A stretch of DNA of 64,000 nucleotides from Octopus vulgaris (taxonomy: Eukaryota), in the NCBI GenBank assembly GCA_951406725.2, contig OX597827.1:22630001-22694000 (forward strand), in the 5' to 3' direction. This document shows, one piece after another, positions 27,106 to 39,445 of this stretch. A program made the position numbers and the translations under genes. The notes under the pieces are model-generated. The model was not told the DNA's origin and did no database searches. It was given only the letters and a program-made list of their open reading frames with translations. Position 1 is the stretch's first letter. Each line of letters starts with the position of its first letter.

Positions 27106-27962
27106 GGATCTTTTCGGTTTGAACGGCAGTTTTTTCTATCGATGTCATATGAAATTGTCACCCATAATTATGACCCTAGTATCGATCTATTGCATTTCAA
27201 TCTATTTTAGGGTTAGGGTTAGTTAGGGTTAAGGTTAGGATTAGGGTTAGGGGCTGGGGGAAGGGTATCTTTTTTTCTTCACAAACGTAAATAAACCCAA
27301 TCTGTTTCTTAAACGAGGGACATATTCATATGGCACAGAATGTTTTTTTACCTCCATAGACGTCAGTGATTGGTTGAAATTGCAGAAATTGAAGAAAAAA
27401 ACAACAAATATCTTACAAACTATAGAATTTTCTCAATAAAGCCAAGAGAAAATGATGTTTTATAAACACATTCTACCAGTATACGAAGTTTAAAATTTTT
27501 TAGTTACCTAGAAATTATGTTAAAAACTGCCGTTCAAACCGAAAATTTTTAACATGATTTCTAGGTAACTAAAAAATTTTAAACTTCGTATATTCGTAGA
27601 ATGTGTATATAAAACATCATTTTCTCTTGGCTTTATTGAGAAAATTCTATAGTTTGTAAGATATTTATTGTTTTTTTTCTTCAATTTCTGCAATTTCAAC
27701 CAATCACTGACGTCTATGGAGGTAAAAAACATTCTGTGCCATATGAATATGTCCCTCGTTTAAGAAACAGATTGGGTTTCTTTACATTTGTGAAGAAAAA
27801 GATACCCTTCCCCCACCCCTAATCCTAACCTTAACTAACCCTAACTAACCCTAACCCTAAAACAGATTGAAATGCAATAGATCGATACTAGGGTCATAAT
27901 TATGGGTGACAATTTCATATGACACCGCTAGAAAAAACTGCCGTTCAAACCGAAAAGATTCC
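27106..27962. mobile_element. Inverted dimer (palindrome) of the TTAGGG-bearing MITE
   Basis: Plus copy 27106-~27545 fused to minus copy ~27546-27962; inner TIRs truncated; no TSD. Confidence 0.9.
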
Positions 27963-28277
27963 ATACATACATACATACATACATACATAGGTAAGTACGT
28001 TCATACACGCATACATATATATACACACAAATGCACACACATATCTACATACATAGACACACACGCACACAGAAATAAATGCATACAGACATATACACAT
28101 ACATACAGTTACATTACATACATGCAAGCATACATACGTACACAGACAGACAGGCGTGCATGCAAGCATACTTACTATGAAAAGAGGTAAGTAAAGCATA
28201 AGCAGTGAGGAAGAGTATGAGGTAGTCACACAACGTCGGCTGAAGATTAGTGAGCCTCGATCCCGGTTTGTTGTTTC

Positions 28278-28291
28278 GTTGCTATAGCAAC
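28278..28291. promoter_or_regulatory. RFX X-box in the putative DNAAF9 promoter
   Basis: Perfect palindrome GTTGCTATAGCAAC fits the RFX consensus GTNRCY(N)nRGYAAC, ~130 bp upstream of the ATG in a short non-repetitive CpG-retaining patch. Confidence 0.75.
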
Positions 28292-28421
28292 AGTACCTGG
28301 TGCGCGTTTCAGTCTTCCATTTTGACATTGATTTTTATCTCTCTCTCTTTTTCTGTCTATCTCTCTCACTCTTTCTCTCTATCTATCTATCTATCTATCT
28401 ATCTCCTTTTTTAAAACAAGA

Positions 28422-28444
28422 ATGGATCCCATACCGTTTGTTAG
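28422..28444 (+). CDS. DNAAF9: DNAAF9/C20orf194 coding exon 1 (MDPIPFV-S)
   Basis: ATG, strong donor AG|GTAAGT, phase 2 joining exon 2 to give PFVSCSRL (human SPSVSCSRL, from recall). Confidence 0.75.
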
Positions 28445-28883
28445 GTAAGTGACCGGCTGTTTAGCCCCAAGAAGGCCGTCAGTAAAATCTATGTATGTAT
28501 ATATACCAAAGGCTTTCCAGCCATGACTATCCCTTTTGTCGCACACGTAGTGCACTCACACTCATGCATGTACGTATGTTGTCACGTATACGTATCTGTT
28601 TGTCTGTCCGTTCATTTATGTTCGTATGTACGTTGATATTCAGTTTTATTTCAAGATTTCTTGCCCATAGAACAAGAACCGGTTTCTAAGCTTGATCCAC
28701 GTCTCCTTCATCGGAACTTTAAACAACATCCAAAAATTATTTGTGAATATTTGTGTGTGCAGTATTTGGAGTCAGTGCGTGTGCAGGACTGCATGTTTCG
28801 TTTCATGTATACATTCCCATGCATATAATTGCATGTCTAGACCTGCGCATACATACTTAAATGATAAACTTCTGGAAAGTTTC

Positions 28884-29285
28884 TGGCGCAGGCGTGGCTG
28901 CGTGGTAAGAAGCTTGCTTCCCAACAACATGGTTGCGGGTTCAGTTCCACTGTGTAGCACCTTGGGCAAGTGTCTTCTTCTATAGCCTCCGACTAACCGA
29001 AGCCTTGTGAGTGAATTTGGTAGACGGAAACTGAAAGAAGCTCCTCGTGTGTAAGGGAGGAAGGGCTATTCTTATATATATGTGTGAGAGTGTTTGTGTC
29101 TGTGTTTGTCCCCCACTACCGCTTGACAACCAGTGTTGGTGTGTTTACGTCCAGGTAACATAACGGTTCGGCAAAAGAGACCGACTGAACAAAACTAAGG
29201 CTTAAAATAAGTTCTGGGTTCGATTCGTTCAGCTAAAATTCTTCAAGGGGTCCCTATCAGTCTAATGATGACAGAAATAAAAGAC
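28884..29285 (+). mobile_element. Full family A SINE
   Basis: Same bipartite structure as 16753-17140. Confidence 0.85.
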
Positions 29286-29299
29286 ATTTGGACAATTCC

Positions 29300-29940
29300 A
29301 TTGATGGCTTGTATCTTGTAATCTCCGAATTAACTTTCTCCTTTCTGGTTCTGAGAAACCTAATTTCTGAAGATTGATGCTGTTTTTGTTACAAAACCCA
29401 GTGTTCCAATAATTACTGGTATAAACCTGAACTTGTAATCTGGGAAGAGTAGGTGTAGGTTTCTCAATAGTTCAGTGCAGGTGTTGTCTTCCTTGCTGAT
29501 CTTTAGCTTTATGTTATAGGTTCTCAAAGTGGGCGCTACCGCCTCCCCCTCCCCCGGTGGACGTTGAAAGGGTCTAGGTGGGCACTGGTGTCGGGGGAGG
29601 GGGCGGTAGAGAAAAAGGAGGAATTGGGATGAAGGCAGTGGATTGGGGGACGCTATGAATTTATAATATTATTATAATATTGTATACAAATTATATAATA
29701 TTATATTAAATATCAAAAGATTTACAGTATATTTAAATTAGTAAAATATAAAATATTTATTTATATATGAAAATAGGGGTGGGGCGCTGGGGGTATTTTG
29801 TGGCCATGAGGGTGGCTGTGGTCCCAAAACTTTGAGAACCTCTGCTTTATGCTGATATCTGCTGGGCAGGTGATTTCCACAACCCTACACACTTCTCTTC
29901 ACTGTCCCAAGTTAGTCTCACCGATTATGTCTGCATTTAT
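29300..29940 (-). pseudogene. 3' fragment of an RLE-type LINE, same group as 11390-12600
   Basis: ELLRNLHLLFPDYKFRFIPVIIGTLGFV; split by a hAT-type MITE. Confidence 0.7.
29515..29844. mobile_element. hAT-type MITE
   Basis: TIRs TATAGGTTCTCAAAG and CTTTGAGAACCTCTG; 8-bp TSD CTTTATG(T/C). Confidence 0.8.
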
Positions 29941-30054
29941 GTGCATGTTTGTTATTTTTTAGTGGCTTTTTTTTTAGTTTTATTTCCCCTTTGCAGAATC
30001 CAAGCCGGTCCCTAACAAAGTGACTCGTTTTCTTTTTCTTTTTTGTTTTTTTTT

Positions 30055-30445
30055 TATCTGTTTCAGTCATTTGACTGCAGGCATGTTGGAGCACCGCCTT
30101 TAGTCAAACAGATCGACCTCAGGATTTATTTTTTTGTAAGCCTAGTACTTATTCTATCAATCACTTTTGCCGAACTGCTAAGTTACGGAGATGTAAACAC
30201 ACCAGCATCGGTTGTCAAGCAATGTTGGGGGGACAAACACACACACACACACAAACATATACCTATACACACACATATACATATGTGTGTGTATACGACG
30301 GGCTTCTTCCAGTTTCCATCAACCAAATCCACACACAAGGTTTTGGTTGGCTTGAGGCTATAGTAGAAGACACTTGCCCAAGGTACCATGCAGTGGGACT
30401 GAACCCGGAACCATGTGGTTGATAAGCAATCGACTTACCACACAT
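30055..30445 (-). mobile_element. Full family A SINE
   Basis: Reverse complement of the 16753 copy. Confidence 0.85.
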
Positions 30446-31379
30446 ATCACTGAGTTTATGTGTGTGAATAAACTTAAGCTCTTCTGATGAGTCTTCAAGT
30501 CACTTGAGAACATCTGTGTATCTTTCTTTACTGCTTCTGTATGTGTGTGTGAGTGTGTTTCAGAATGTGTATGTGTGGTTGAGTGCATGTATTTAGTCCC
30601 TGGAACATTTCTGGACAATTTCTGATGGCATTCGTCTGGCTCCTATTGTGTGGTGTCCTCATCTTGGTTGTTACTTTGCACTATGTTTTGGCTGTGTTCT
30701 TCAGGTGTCTTGTGATTCACCTTAGTGCCTTATCTGGAATTGAACTAAGAACCTCTAGCTAACTGCACTACATTAACTAATGCCTTTATCCACCATGCTC
30801 TGCATATATGCAGTGTCAGGGTGAATTTCTAAGGCTTATAAAGTTCCATTAATGTCCTATATCATCTCCATATTATCCAGTCAGTACAGAGTGGACATAA
30901 GACATGTTCCAACACTGGTCAGTCGGTCAGTCCAACCACCCTTAGGTTGCTTTGTTATCATAAATGTTTGGCACTGAAATACAAATAGTTGGGGCTGTTT
31001 TAGATCCCTGTTATCCTTCATTCTTTTCATCCAGCTAATCGAGGGATCTTTCCAAACTTTTTATAGAATTGACCTTAGAAATCTCAATCCAGTTCCAAAG
31101 TTCTGTGACCTGCAAAAGCTGATTCCAGTCTCCTGTCCAACCATGGTGCATTTAGTCATAATTCCACATATTGACCAGTGGTTGAGTTTCTCCTCTTCAT
31201 TACTGCTATGATCTTTTGCAAAAAAAGGGCAATTTTTCACATTCATCCAAAGAAGATAACCAATTTTTTACCATGCTTGATTTTGTGGCAAAAATGTTGA
31301 CCAATAATATTCTTTATATGAAAGATGAATAGTCACCTTATGCCAATGTGATTGATTTTGGCATTACATTTGTGCACAT

Positions 31380-32535
31380 ATGTCTGTCTGTCTGTATGTA
31401 TGTATGTATGCGCAACTATGTATGTATGTATGTATGCATGCATGTATGTATGCATGCATGCATGTATGTATGTATGCTTGCGTATGTATGTATCTATGTA
31501 TGTATGTATGTATGCATGCATGCATGTATGTATGCATGCATGCATGTATGTATGTAGTATGTATGTATGTATGTATGCATGCATGTATGTATGTAGTATG
31601 TATGTATGTCTGTGCGTATGTATGTATGCATGCATATGTATGTATGTATGTATGCATGCATGTATGTATGTATGTATGCATATGTATGTTTGTATGTATG
31701 CATGCGTGTGTATGTTTGTATGTATGCATGCGTATGTATGTATGCATGCATGTATGTATGTATGTATTATGTATGTATGTATGTCTGTGCATATGTATGT
31801 ATGCACATGTATGTATGTATGCATGCATGTATGTATGTATGCATATGTATGTATTATGTATGTATGTCTGTGCATATGTATGTATGCACATGTATGTATG
31901 TATGCATGCATGTATGTATGTATGCATATGTATGTATTATGTATGTATGTATGTCTGTGCATATGTATGTATGCACATGTATGTATGCATGCATGTATGT
32001 ATGTATGTATGCATGCATATGTATGTTTGTATGTATGCATGCGTATGTATGTATGCATGCATGCATGTATTATGTATGTATGTATGTATGTGTGTGTATG
32101 TATGTATGTATGTATGTGTGTGTGTATGTATGTATGTATGTATGTGTGTGTGTATGTATGTTTGTATGTATGCATGCGTATGTATGTATGTATGCATGCA
32201 TGTATGTATGTATGCATATGCATGTATGTATGTATTATGTATGTATGTATGTATGTATGTCTGTGTGTATGTATGCATGCATATGTATGTTTGTATGTAT
32301 GTATGCATGTATGTATGTATATGCATGTATGTATTATGTATGTATGTATGTGTGTGTATGTATGTATGTGTGTGTATGTATGTATGTATGTGTGTGTGTA
32401 TGTATGTTTGTATGTATGTATGCATGCGTATGTATGTTTGTATGTATGTATGCATGCGTATGTATGTATGTATGCATGCATGCATGTATGTATACATGCA
32501 TGTATGTATGCATGCATGCATGTATGTATGTATGT
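31380..32535. repeat. (ATGT)n/(ATGC)n compound microsatellite, 1.15 kb
   Basis: Direct reading; source of the 346-420 aa MYVC/HTYI ORFs. Confidence 0.96.
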
Positions 32536-32599
32536 GCTAACATATTCTCGTGCAAATGTACACACACATCTCATAAACTCATCCATCTTCATCTTCCAG

Positions 32600-32667
32600 T
32601 TGCAGTCGTCTTAGACATGTCCAACAACTCCTTGGTGGTGAATTAGATGCTGTCTTGTGTATTACAG
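32600..32667 (+). CDS. DNAAF9: DNAAF9 exon 2 (CSRLRHVQQLLGGELDAVLCIT-G)
   Basis: CAG acceptor and GTGAG donor; matches the CSRLRQVQSIL...DGILCILG motif. Confidence 0.92.
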
Positions 32668-32726
32668 GTGAGTATTACAGTAGGTGTGTACCATTACAAG
32701 TGAGTATCACAACAGGTATCATCCAA

Positions 32727-33118
32727 TTCTATATTTAAGAGATGAGGAATTATGTACATTATTTACATTTTACAGATATTTGTCCTCATCTTGTTTGTTG
32801 TTGACACAACGCTTCGGCTGATATACCCTCCAGCCTTCATCAGGTGTCTTGGGAAAATTTCGAACCTGGGTTCTCATTCCTATAGTATTTTTTGATGTTG
32901 TTGTTGTTGGTGGTGGTGGTGTTGGTGGTGGTGGTGGTGGTGGTGGTGGTGGTGGTGGTGGTGGTGGTGAAGTGTATAAAGGTGACACTGGAATTTCTCT
33001 TCACTTTGATCCCATCCTTAGGTGAGAATATGGGGCATATGGCATAGTGGTTAAGAGTGCGAGCTACTAACCCCAAGATTCCAAGTTCAATTCCAGGCAA
33101 TGACCTGAATAATAATAA

Positions 33119-33186
<68 letters not shown>

Positions 33187-33335
33187 TCGAAAAATACCTT
33201 AGGAATGAGAACCCTGTTTCGAAATTTCCCCAAGACATCTGATGAAGGCTGGAGGGTATATCAGCCAAAAAGTTGTGTTAACAACAAACAAGATGAGGAC
33301 AAATATCCATCAACTGCAAATACTGTAAATAATGT
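32727..33335. mobile_element. Inverted pair of a tRNA-headed element with a hammerhead-bearing tail
   Basis: Minus tail 32727-~32900. Plus copy has A box (33040-33050), B box (33085-33094), (AAT)n and tail 33185-33335. HHR motifs at 32803-32848 (-) and 33234-33279 (+). Confidence 0.8.
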
Positions 33336-33467
33336 ACCAATTAATTATGTCCTGATGTAATTACTAATTAAACTCCCTGACTTCAGTTGTTGTAGTTCTT
33401 TATAAATATTTGGTATTTATCTGTTTCAATCTTTCCTTCTCTCTCTTTCTCTCTGTCTCCATTCAAG

Positions 33468-33558
33468 GTATTGACAGTTTATATAACAAAGGTTGTCATC
33501 AATTGTCAAAATACCTCTTCTTTGATGCCTTTGATCAGAAGCAGACAGACAGCAAGAG
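33468..33558 (+). CDS. DNAAF9: DNAAF9 exon 3 (IDSLYNKGCHQLSKYLFFDAFDQKQTDSK-R)
   Basis: AAG acceptor and GTAAG donor, phase 1 to 2; matches [20 protein letters not shown]. Confidence 0.93.
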
Positions 33559-34551
33559 GTAAGTCATTGTCTTTTAATCTCTTGGAAATCCTTCGGGATT
33601 TATAGCATCCAACCACGATCACCACTATGGTGATGGAGTCTGGAAAGTGTGGTACATGTCTATAATATTCAGGTCTCCCACTCGATACACTCACACATAC
33701 AAGGTCTAATCCAAAAATATGAAGACTGTTGCTATAGTAACAGAGCTAAGGTATGTACTCAAAGAGAAGCCGTTTGGCACAGATTGACTGAGGACTCTTT
33801 CATGCATAGACACTAAGTTTTTACATTCTTACTCATTTCTCTTGTTTAGAGCAGTGAATAGAAGTCAAGTGTGTTGGGTGTTTTGTGGCCCAACACCCAG
33901 GTGCGACTGACAATCATGGCTTTGTTCACATATACAAGCTCTGAAATTGCCACAGTTATCCCCTCTTCTCACAGTGGGGAACGTGGTCCCAAGGATTAGG
34001 TCAGGTTTCTAAGCCATTCATAGTTTCACCATTCATGGTTTCACCATTCATTTACGGCATGAACTTAGCCCCTGCATGGTTTAAGCTTTGAGCCCAACAT
34101 ATGACTGGTACTAATGAGCCGAAAGAAAAACTGAGAATGGGATGAGCTGTAGTGTACAAGAGTGACAACTGTGTTGAGATGAGAATGGGTTGGACATGGA
34201 AAATGGTAGAGAGAGAAAGCTGGGAAAGATTTGGAAGGAAATGAGGAAGACGGTGATGAACACACACACACACACACACAGTGGTCTAATGCTCACATAC
34301 AAACATGTTTATACACATGCATACAACATACACACACATGCACATAAATGTGATACCCACAACACACACAAATACTCACACAACAGAAACATATACACAT
34401 ATATGTACAATGATGTAATATTCATATGCATACAAAAGCAGTCTTGTATAACAAAGGCACATATATACATGCACAATGTAAAATCCACATACATCAATAT
34501 ATATGTAGGTATATATATATGTATGTATGTATGTATGTATATATATATATA

Positions 34552-34607
<56 letters not shown>

Positions 34608-34634
34608 TATACCTTTTATTTTATATATACGTAT

Positions 34635-34918
34635 ACCAGTGCCAGCTGACTAGTCCTGTACCAGTGGCACGTAAAAAGCACCATTCGAGCATGGTCATTG
34701 CCAGTGCCACCTAACTGGTACCTGTGCTGGTGGCATGTAAAAAGCATTCACTACACTCTCGGAGTGGTTGGTGTTAGGAAGGGCATCCAGCTGTAGAAAC
34801 CTTGCCAAATCAGAGAGGAGCCTGGTGCAGCCTTCTGGCTTGCCAGTCTCCAGTCAAACCATCCAACCCATGCCAGCATGGAAAGTGGATGTTAAACAAT
34901 GATGATGATGATAATGAT
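34635..34918 (+). mobile_element. RTE-type 3' UTR tail fragment ending in (GAT)n
   Basis: Matches the 3' tail of the RTE copy at 59590-59851. Confidence 0.75.
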
Positions 34919-34945
34919 ATATATATATATATATATATATTTATT

Positions 34946-34998
<53 letters not shown>

Positions 34999-36057
34999 TT
35001 TATCTTTTACTTGAAGCATTTTAGTCGTACAAATTGACCCTATGACTCGTTTTTTCTTTAAGCCTAAAACTTATTCTATCACTCTCTTTTGCTAAACCAC
35101 TAAATAGTGGGGACATAAGCACACCAACATCGGTTGTCAAGCATGGGAAGCAAACACACACACAGAGTTTCCATCTACCAAATCCTATGATTAAGTCCTG
35201 GTCAGCTCAAGGCTATAGTAGAAAACATTTGCCCAAGGTTCCATGCTGTAGGACTGAACCTGGAACCATCGAGTTGGGAAACAAATGTCTTACCATCCAG
35301 CCATGCCACCACCACTTGGCCAATAGAGATATTTACTACACCACCACCATCACTAGCATTAACTTTACATACATCATGGAAACCTTACATACATCAAAGC
35401 TGAAAGGTACACACAAGATGTGGCCCTTCAGTCAATCAAGAAGGGGAAGGACTCCAAATAAAGATAAGATGATAAAAGTGAAGTTGGATTTAATGGGATT
35501 TGAACTCATAGTACAGGGGATCAGAACAAATGTCACAATGCCTTCTATCAGACATTCTAACAACTATGCTAATCAGTCACTTCATATGTATGTGTGTGTA
35601 TACATGTGTATGCATGTATGAATGTTTGTGTATCTATTTGTGTGTGTGTGTATATAAATATATATATATATATATACACACAAGGTAAATGTGTTGACAC
35701 TGCCAGATTGAATGGTACTGCCCAGGTGTCGAAACCATAATGACATCCATGAGGCAGCTGATGATGGAGGTATGTTGGATTGTTGGTATAGCTGTTTTTG
35801 TATGTGGAATAGTACTATAACACATCCTTTTGATGTATATATATATATATGTATGTATGTATATGGATGTATATATTATGTATGTCATATATATGTGTAT
35901 ATATATGTGTGCGTGTGTGTGTATGTATATATATATATGTGTGTGCATGTATGTGTGCATGTGTATGTGCATATATATATATATACATGCCCACATACAT
36001 ACACACCACACACAGGCACACACACACACACACACACATAAATGTATATATATATAT

Positions 36058-36106
<49 letters not shown>

Positions 36107-36143
36107 TATATATAGACATACATACATATATATATACAAATAC

Positions 36144-36345
36144 TTTATTAATAAAGCTGCCTGGAAAGGCCTCACAAAAACTGTTACTCAGAATTTCACG
36201 TTCCCTTTCGTCGGGAACATGAAACTCTGAGTAATAGTTTTTGTTGTGTCTTTGCAGCTTTATCAATAAAAGCGTTTTGCTCTACCTCCGGTATTCAAGT
36301 ACTATGTTTTTTTCACCTTGTTTCACGTTAAAGTGCTTACTCTGG
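36144..36345. mobile_element. Fold-back repeat containing a hammerhead-like motif
   Basis: Palindrome 36144-36270; minus strand reads CCGACGA AAGGGAACGT GAAA TTCTGA GTA ACAG; a related segment occurs at 51951-52050. Confidence 0.55.
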
Positions 36346-36824
36346 TATATGTGTGTGTGTGTGTGTGTGTTGTGTTATGTAAACATATATGTTTCTGTTA
36401 TGTATATATATATGGATCCATATACATATATATATATATACCTAGATAGATAAAGATACATACACACGTACATACATACACATAATCACACATACACACA
36501 GAGACAACACATAAATACACATTCTTATATAAATATTTATTTCCCTATGTTTATCTTTTACCTAATGTCATTAATATAGTTAATAATTTCGTCTTTAATA
36601 ATTAATTAAATTTGTCGATTTTCCCCACCATTTCCACTAACGCCCATCACATCTTAATTGTATCAATACCAATCACCACTAACGACACCATCACCTCCAA
36701 TGTTCCCCCCACCACCACCACCACCCCAACCATCAAGCCTTCCATCACGCATATTTCCTCTCTAGACAATGGAATCTAATGTCAGAATGATTTGTGGACT
36801 TAACAGTCATTTAATATATACATG

Positions 36825-36879
<55 letters not shown>

Positions 36880-36899
36880 TTGTATATATATATGTGTGT

Positions 36900-36975
<76 letters not shown>

Positions 36976-37014
36976 CATATATATGTATATATATACATAT
37001 ATATATTTATATAC

Positions 37015-37048
<34 letters not shown>

Positions 37049-37353
37049 TGAATGTATATCATATATATGTATATGTATATGTGTATATATATATATATTG
37101 TGTGTGTGTGTGTATGTATGTACATATATGTGTATGTGTGTGTATGTATATATATACATACACATACATACACACACATACATATGTATATATACATACA
37201 CACATATATATACACACATACATATATACACGTATATATGACATACATAATATATATATTCACTTTCTTTACATCACACCTAACACTCGATACATACATA
37301 CATACATACATACATACATACATACATACACATAACATACATACATACATACA

Positions 37354-37386
<33 letters not shown>

Positions 37387-37534
37387 GCATGCATGCATGC
37401 ATGTATGTATGTATGTATGTATATATATTATGTATCGTCAGTGAATCATACATCCAGAAAAAACACTAAAGAATAGAGCAGTAGATACAGTATATAAATA
37501 CATATATACATTATGTATGTGTGTATATATAAGT

Positions 37535-37740
37535 ATGGGTGGGGGCTGAAAAGTTGCTGGTTTTGGGTAAAAGAAAATATGGGAGGATCAGTTAATTAGG
37601 ATTTTAATCAACATGTCAGATTCACACACATATTGCTGCTGTCCTTTGGTTTTTCTAAGCCCTGTAAAAGAACTCAAGACTGGTGGGCCTCCTGCCAGGC
37701 CTTTCGAGATACCCCTAAAACCAGGAATTTTTCGGCATTA
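37535..37740. mobile_element. Mariner-type MITE
   Basis: GCTGAAAAGTT(G/C)CTGG...CCAGGAA(T/C)TTTTC(G/A)GC TIRs; second copy at 46293-46505. Confidence 0.7.
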
Positions 37741-38504
37741 TATATATGTGTGTGTGTGTGTGTATTGCTTTGAACAGCAAACTATTATGTTTATACTCAT
37801 ATTGAATTTATATATACTTGTATGTATCTGTTTGTGTGTATGTGAGTGTGTGTGCATGCACGCGTGTATACACACTCACACACACACATATATGCATATG
37901 TATACATATGCAAGCATAGACACACTTACACACACACACACAACATTGTTTTAATGTTTACTTTCCCATACTTGCTTGAATTGAAACAGATTTTTCTCAG
38001 GCTGGATGCTCTTACTGTCACCAACTCTTACCTGTTTCCAAGCAAGGTAATATTCCTTGCATGGTCAAACATGTTTTCACAGGAGGTGAGAAACAAATGG
38101 CATTGCTTATACAACAGTGACACTCACTTACAGCTATTACATGATGTGAAGAAAAGGATGCATAAACACACACACACACACATTCACAGGGCAGAAGTTC
38201 TACCATTGAACCAAAGTAATCCTTCAAATTGTTCCATCCATTTTAGAAGCTTTCTTCTCTTTATTAATTCATAAGAATTAATAAAGTTTGAGAGAATGAG
38301 AAATAATCTATTCTTAACATTGGAAATTGAAATAGATAAAACTATAATTGTTTACAGAAGATGTGGGTTCGAATCCAACAAGCAGTTTTTGACTTTATTT
38401 CATCCTAGGGTTTTTTTAACCTGATATTCTACACTCTGTTATTTATAGCTTTATCCACTTCAAGGCAGACCATTCCAAAAAGAATTATTTCACATTGATA
38501 GCTT

Positions 38505-39445
38505 CCATTACCTAGGTGACTAAGTCTGTAGTGGGGGCGAATACTCAGAGAGTGTTACCACTAGAATAAGAATAGCTTGGGCAAAGTTCAGAAAGCTTCT
38601 ACCCTTACTGGTGACGAAAGGCCTCTCACTCAGAGTGAAAGGTAGACTGTACGATGCATGTGTGCAAACTGTTCTTGCTTCATGGCAGTGAAACATGGGC
38701 CATGATTGCGTAGGACATGCATAGGCTTGAAAGAAATGAAACTAGCATGATCCGCTGAATGTGTAATGTGCATACACAACAGAGTGTAAGCACCCTGAGA
38801 GAAATGTTGGACATAAGAAGCATTGGATGTGGCATGCAAGAAAGACGTTTGCATTGGTATGGTCATGTACTATGGATGGATGAGGAGAGATGTGTGAAGA
38901 AGTGCCACTCCCAAACAGTTGAAGGAATCTAGGGTAGAAGGAGACCCAGGAAGACATGGGATGAGTTGGTCAAGCATGACCTTTGAACGTTGGGCCTCAC
39001 AGAGGCAATGACAAAAGACTGAGACCTCTGGAGATATGCTGTGACCAAGAAGACCTGACAAATAAAGTGAGTTCCCAGCTGTAACCTACACCGGTGTCAC
39101 ATAACCAGCCTACTCAAAAGTACCTTGGATCGTAAGGTGACCTGCTGTGCTTGAGGAGACCTATTGAGTCAAATACATCAACAGCAATATCAAAATAAAA
39201 TCAAATAGAAATTGTAGTTGTGACCCCTGTGTCAGTGGCATGTAAAAAGCACCATCTGAATGTGGCCGATGCCAGTACCACCTTGACTGGCTTGGAGTGA
39301 TTGGCGTTAGGAAGGGCATTCAGCTGTAGAAACCTTGCCAGATCAGATTGGGGCCTGGTGCAGCTTCCTGGCTTCCCAGAACCTGGTCGAACTGTCCAAC
39401 CCATGCCAGCATGGAAAACGAACGTTAAACGATGATGATGATGAT
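38505..39445 (+). pseudogene. 5'-truncated RTE LINE (RT C-terminus and 3' UTR)
   Basis: RIRIAWAKFRKLLPLLVTKGLSLRVKGRLYDACV..., stops, and a (GAT)n tail. Confidence 0.88.

Noticed and set aside
28160-28192. Alternative DNAAF9 start exon (ATGAAAAGAG|GTAAGT)
   Set aside because: It ends in phase 1, incompatible with exon 2, and lies upstream of the X-box.
30900-31330. Possible MULE transposase remnant on the minus strand
   Set aside because: Only faint W-N...NFWNWIE similarity, with many stops and no TIRs; not supportable.
31333-32646. 346-420 aa ORFs rich in MYVC/HTYI, and similar ORFs at 10.5k, 23k, 36-37k and 44k
   Set aside because: They are translations of (ATGT)n, (TA)n and (CA)n microsatellites.
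33033-33107. Functional tRNA genes (also the heads at 16630-16702, 40513 and 60100)
   Set aside because: Acceptor stems are poor, and each continues into a SINE body repeated elsewhere in the window.
38270-38420. Mitochondrial insertion or tRNA (GGGTTCGAATCC)
   Set aside because: Isolated B-box-like motif with no cloverleaf and no recognisable mitochondrial gene.
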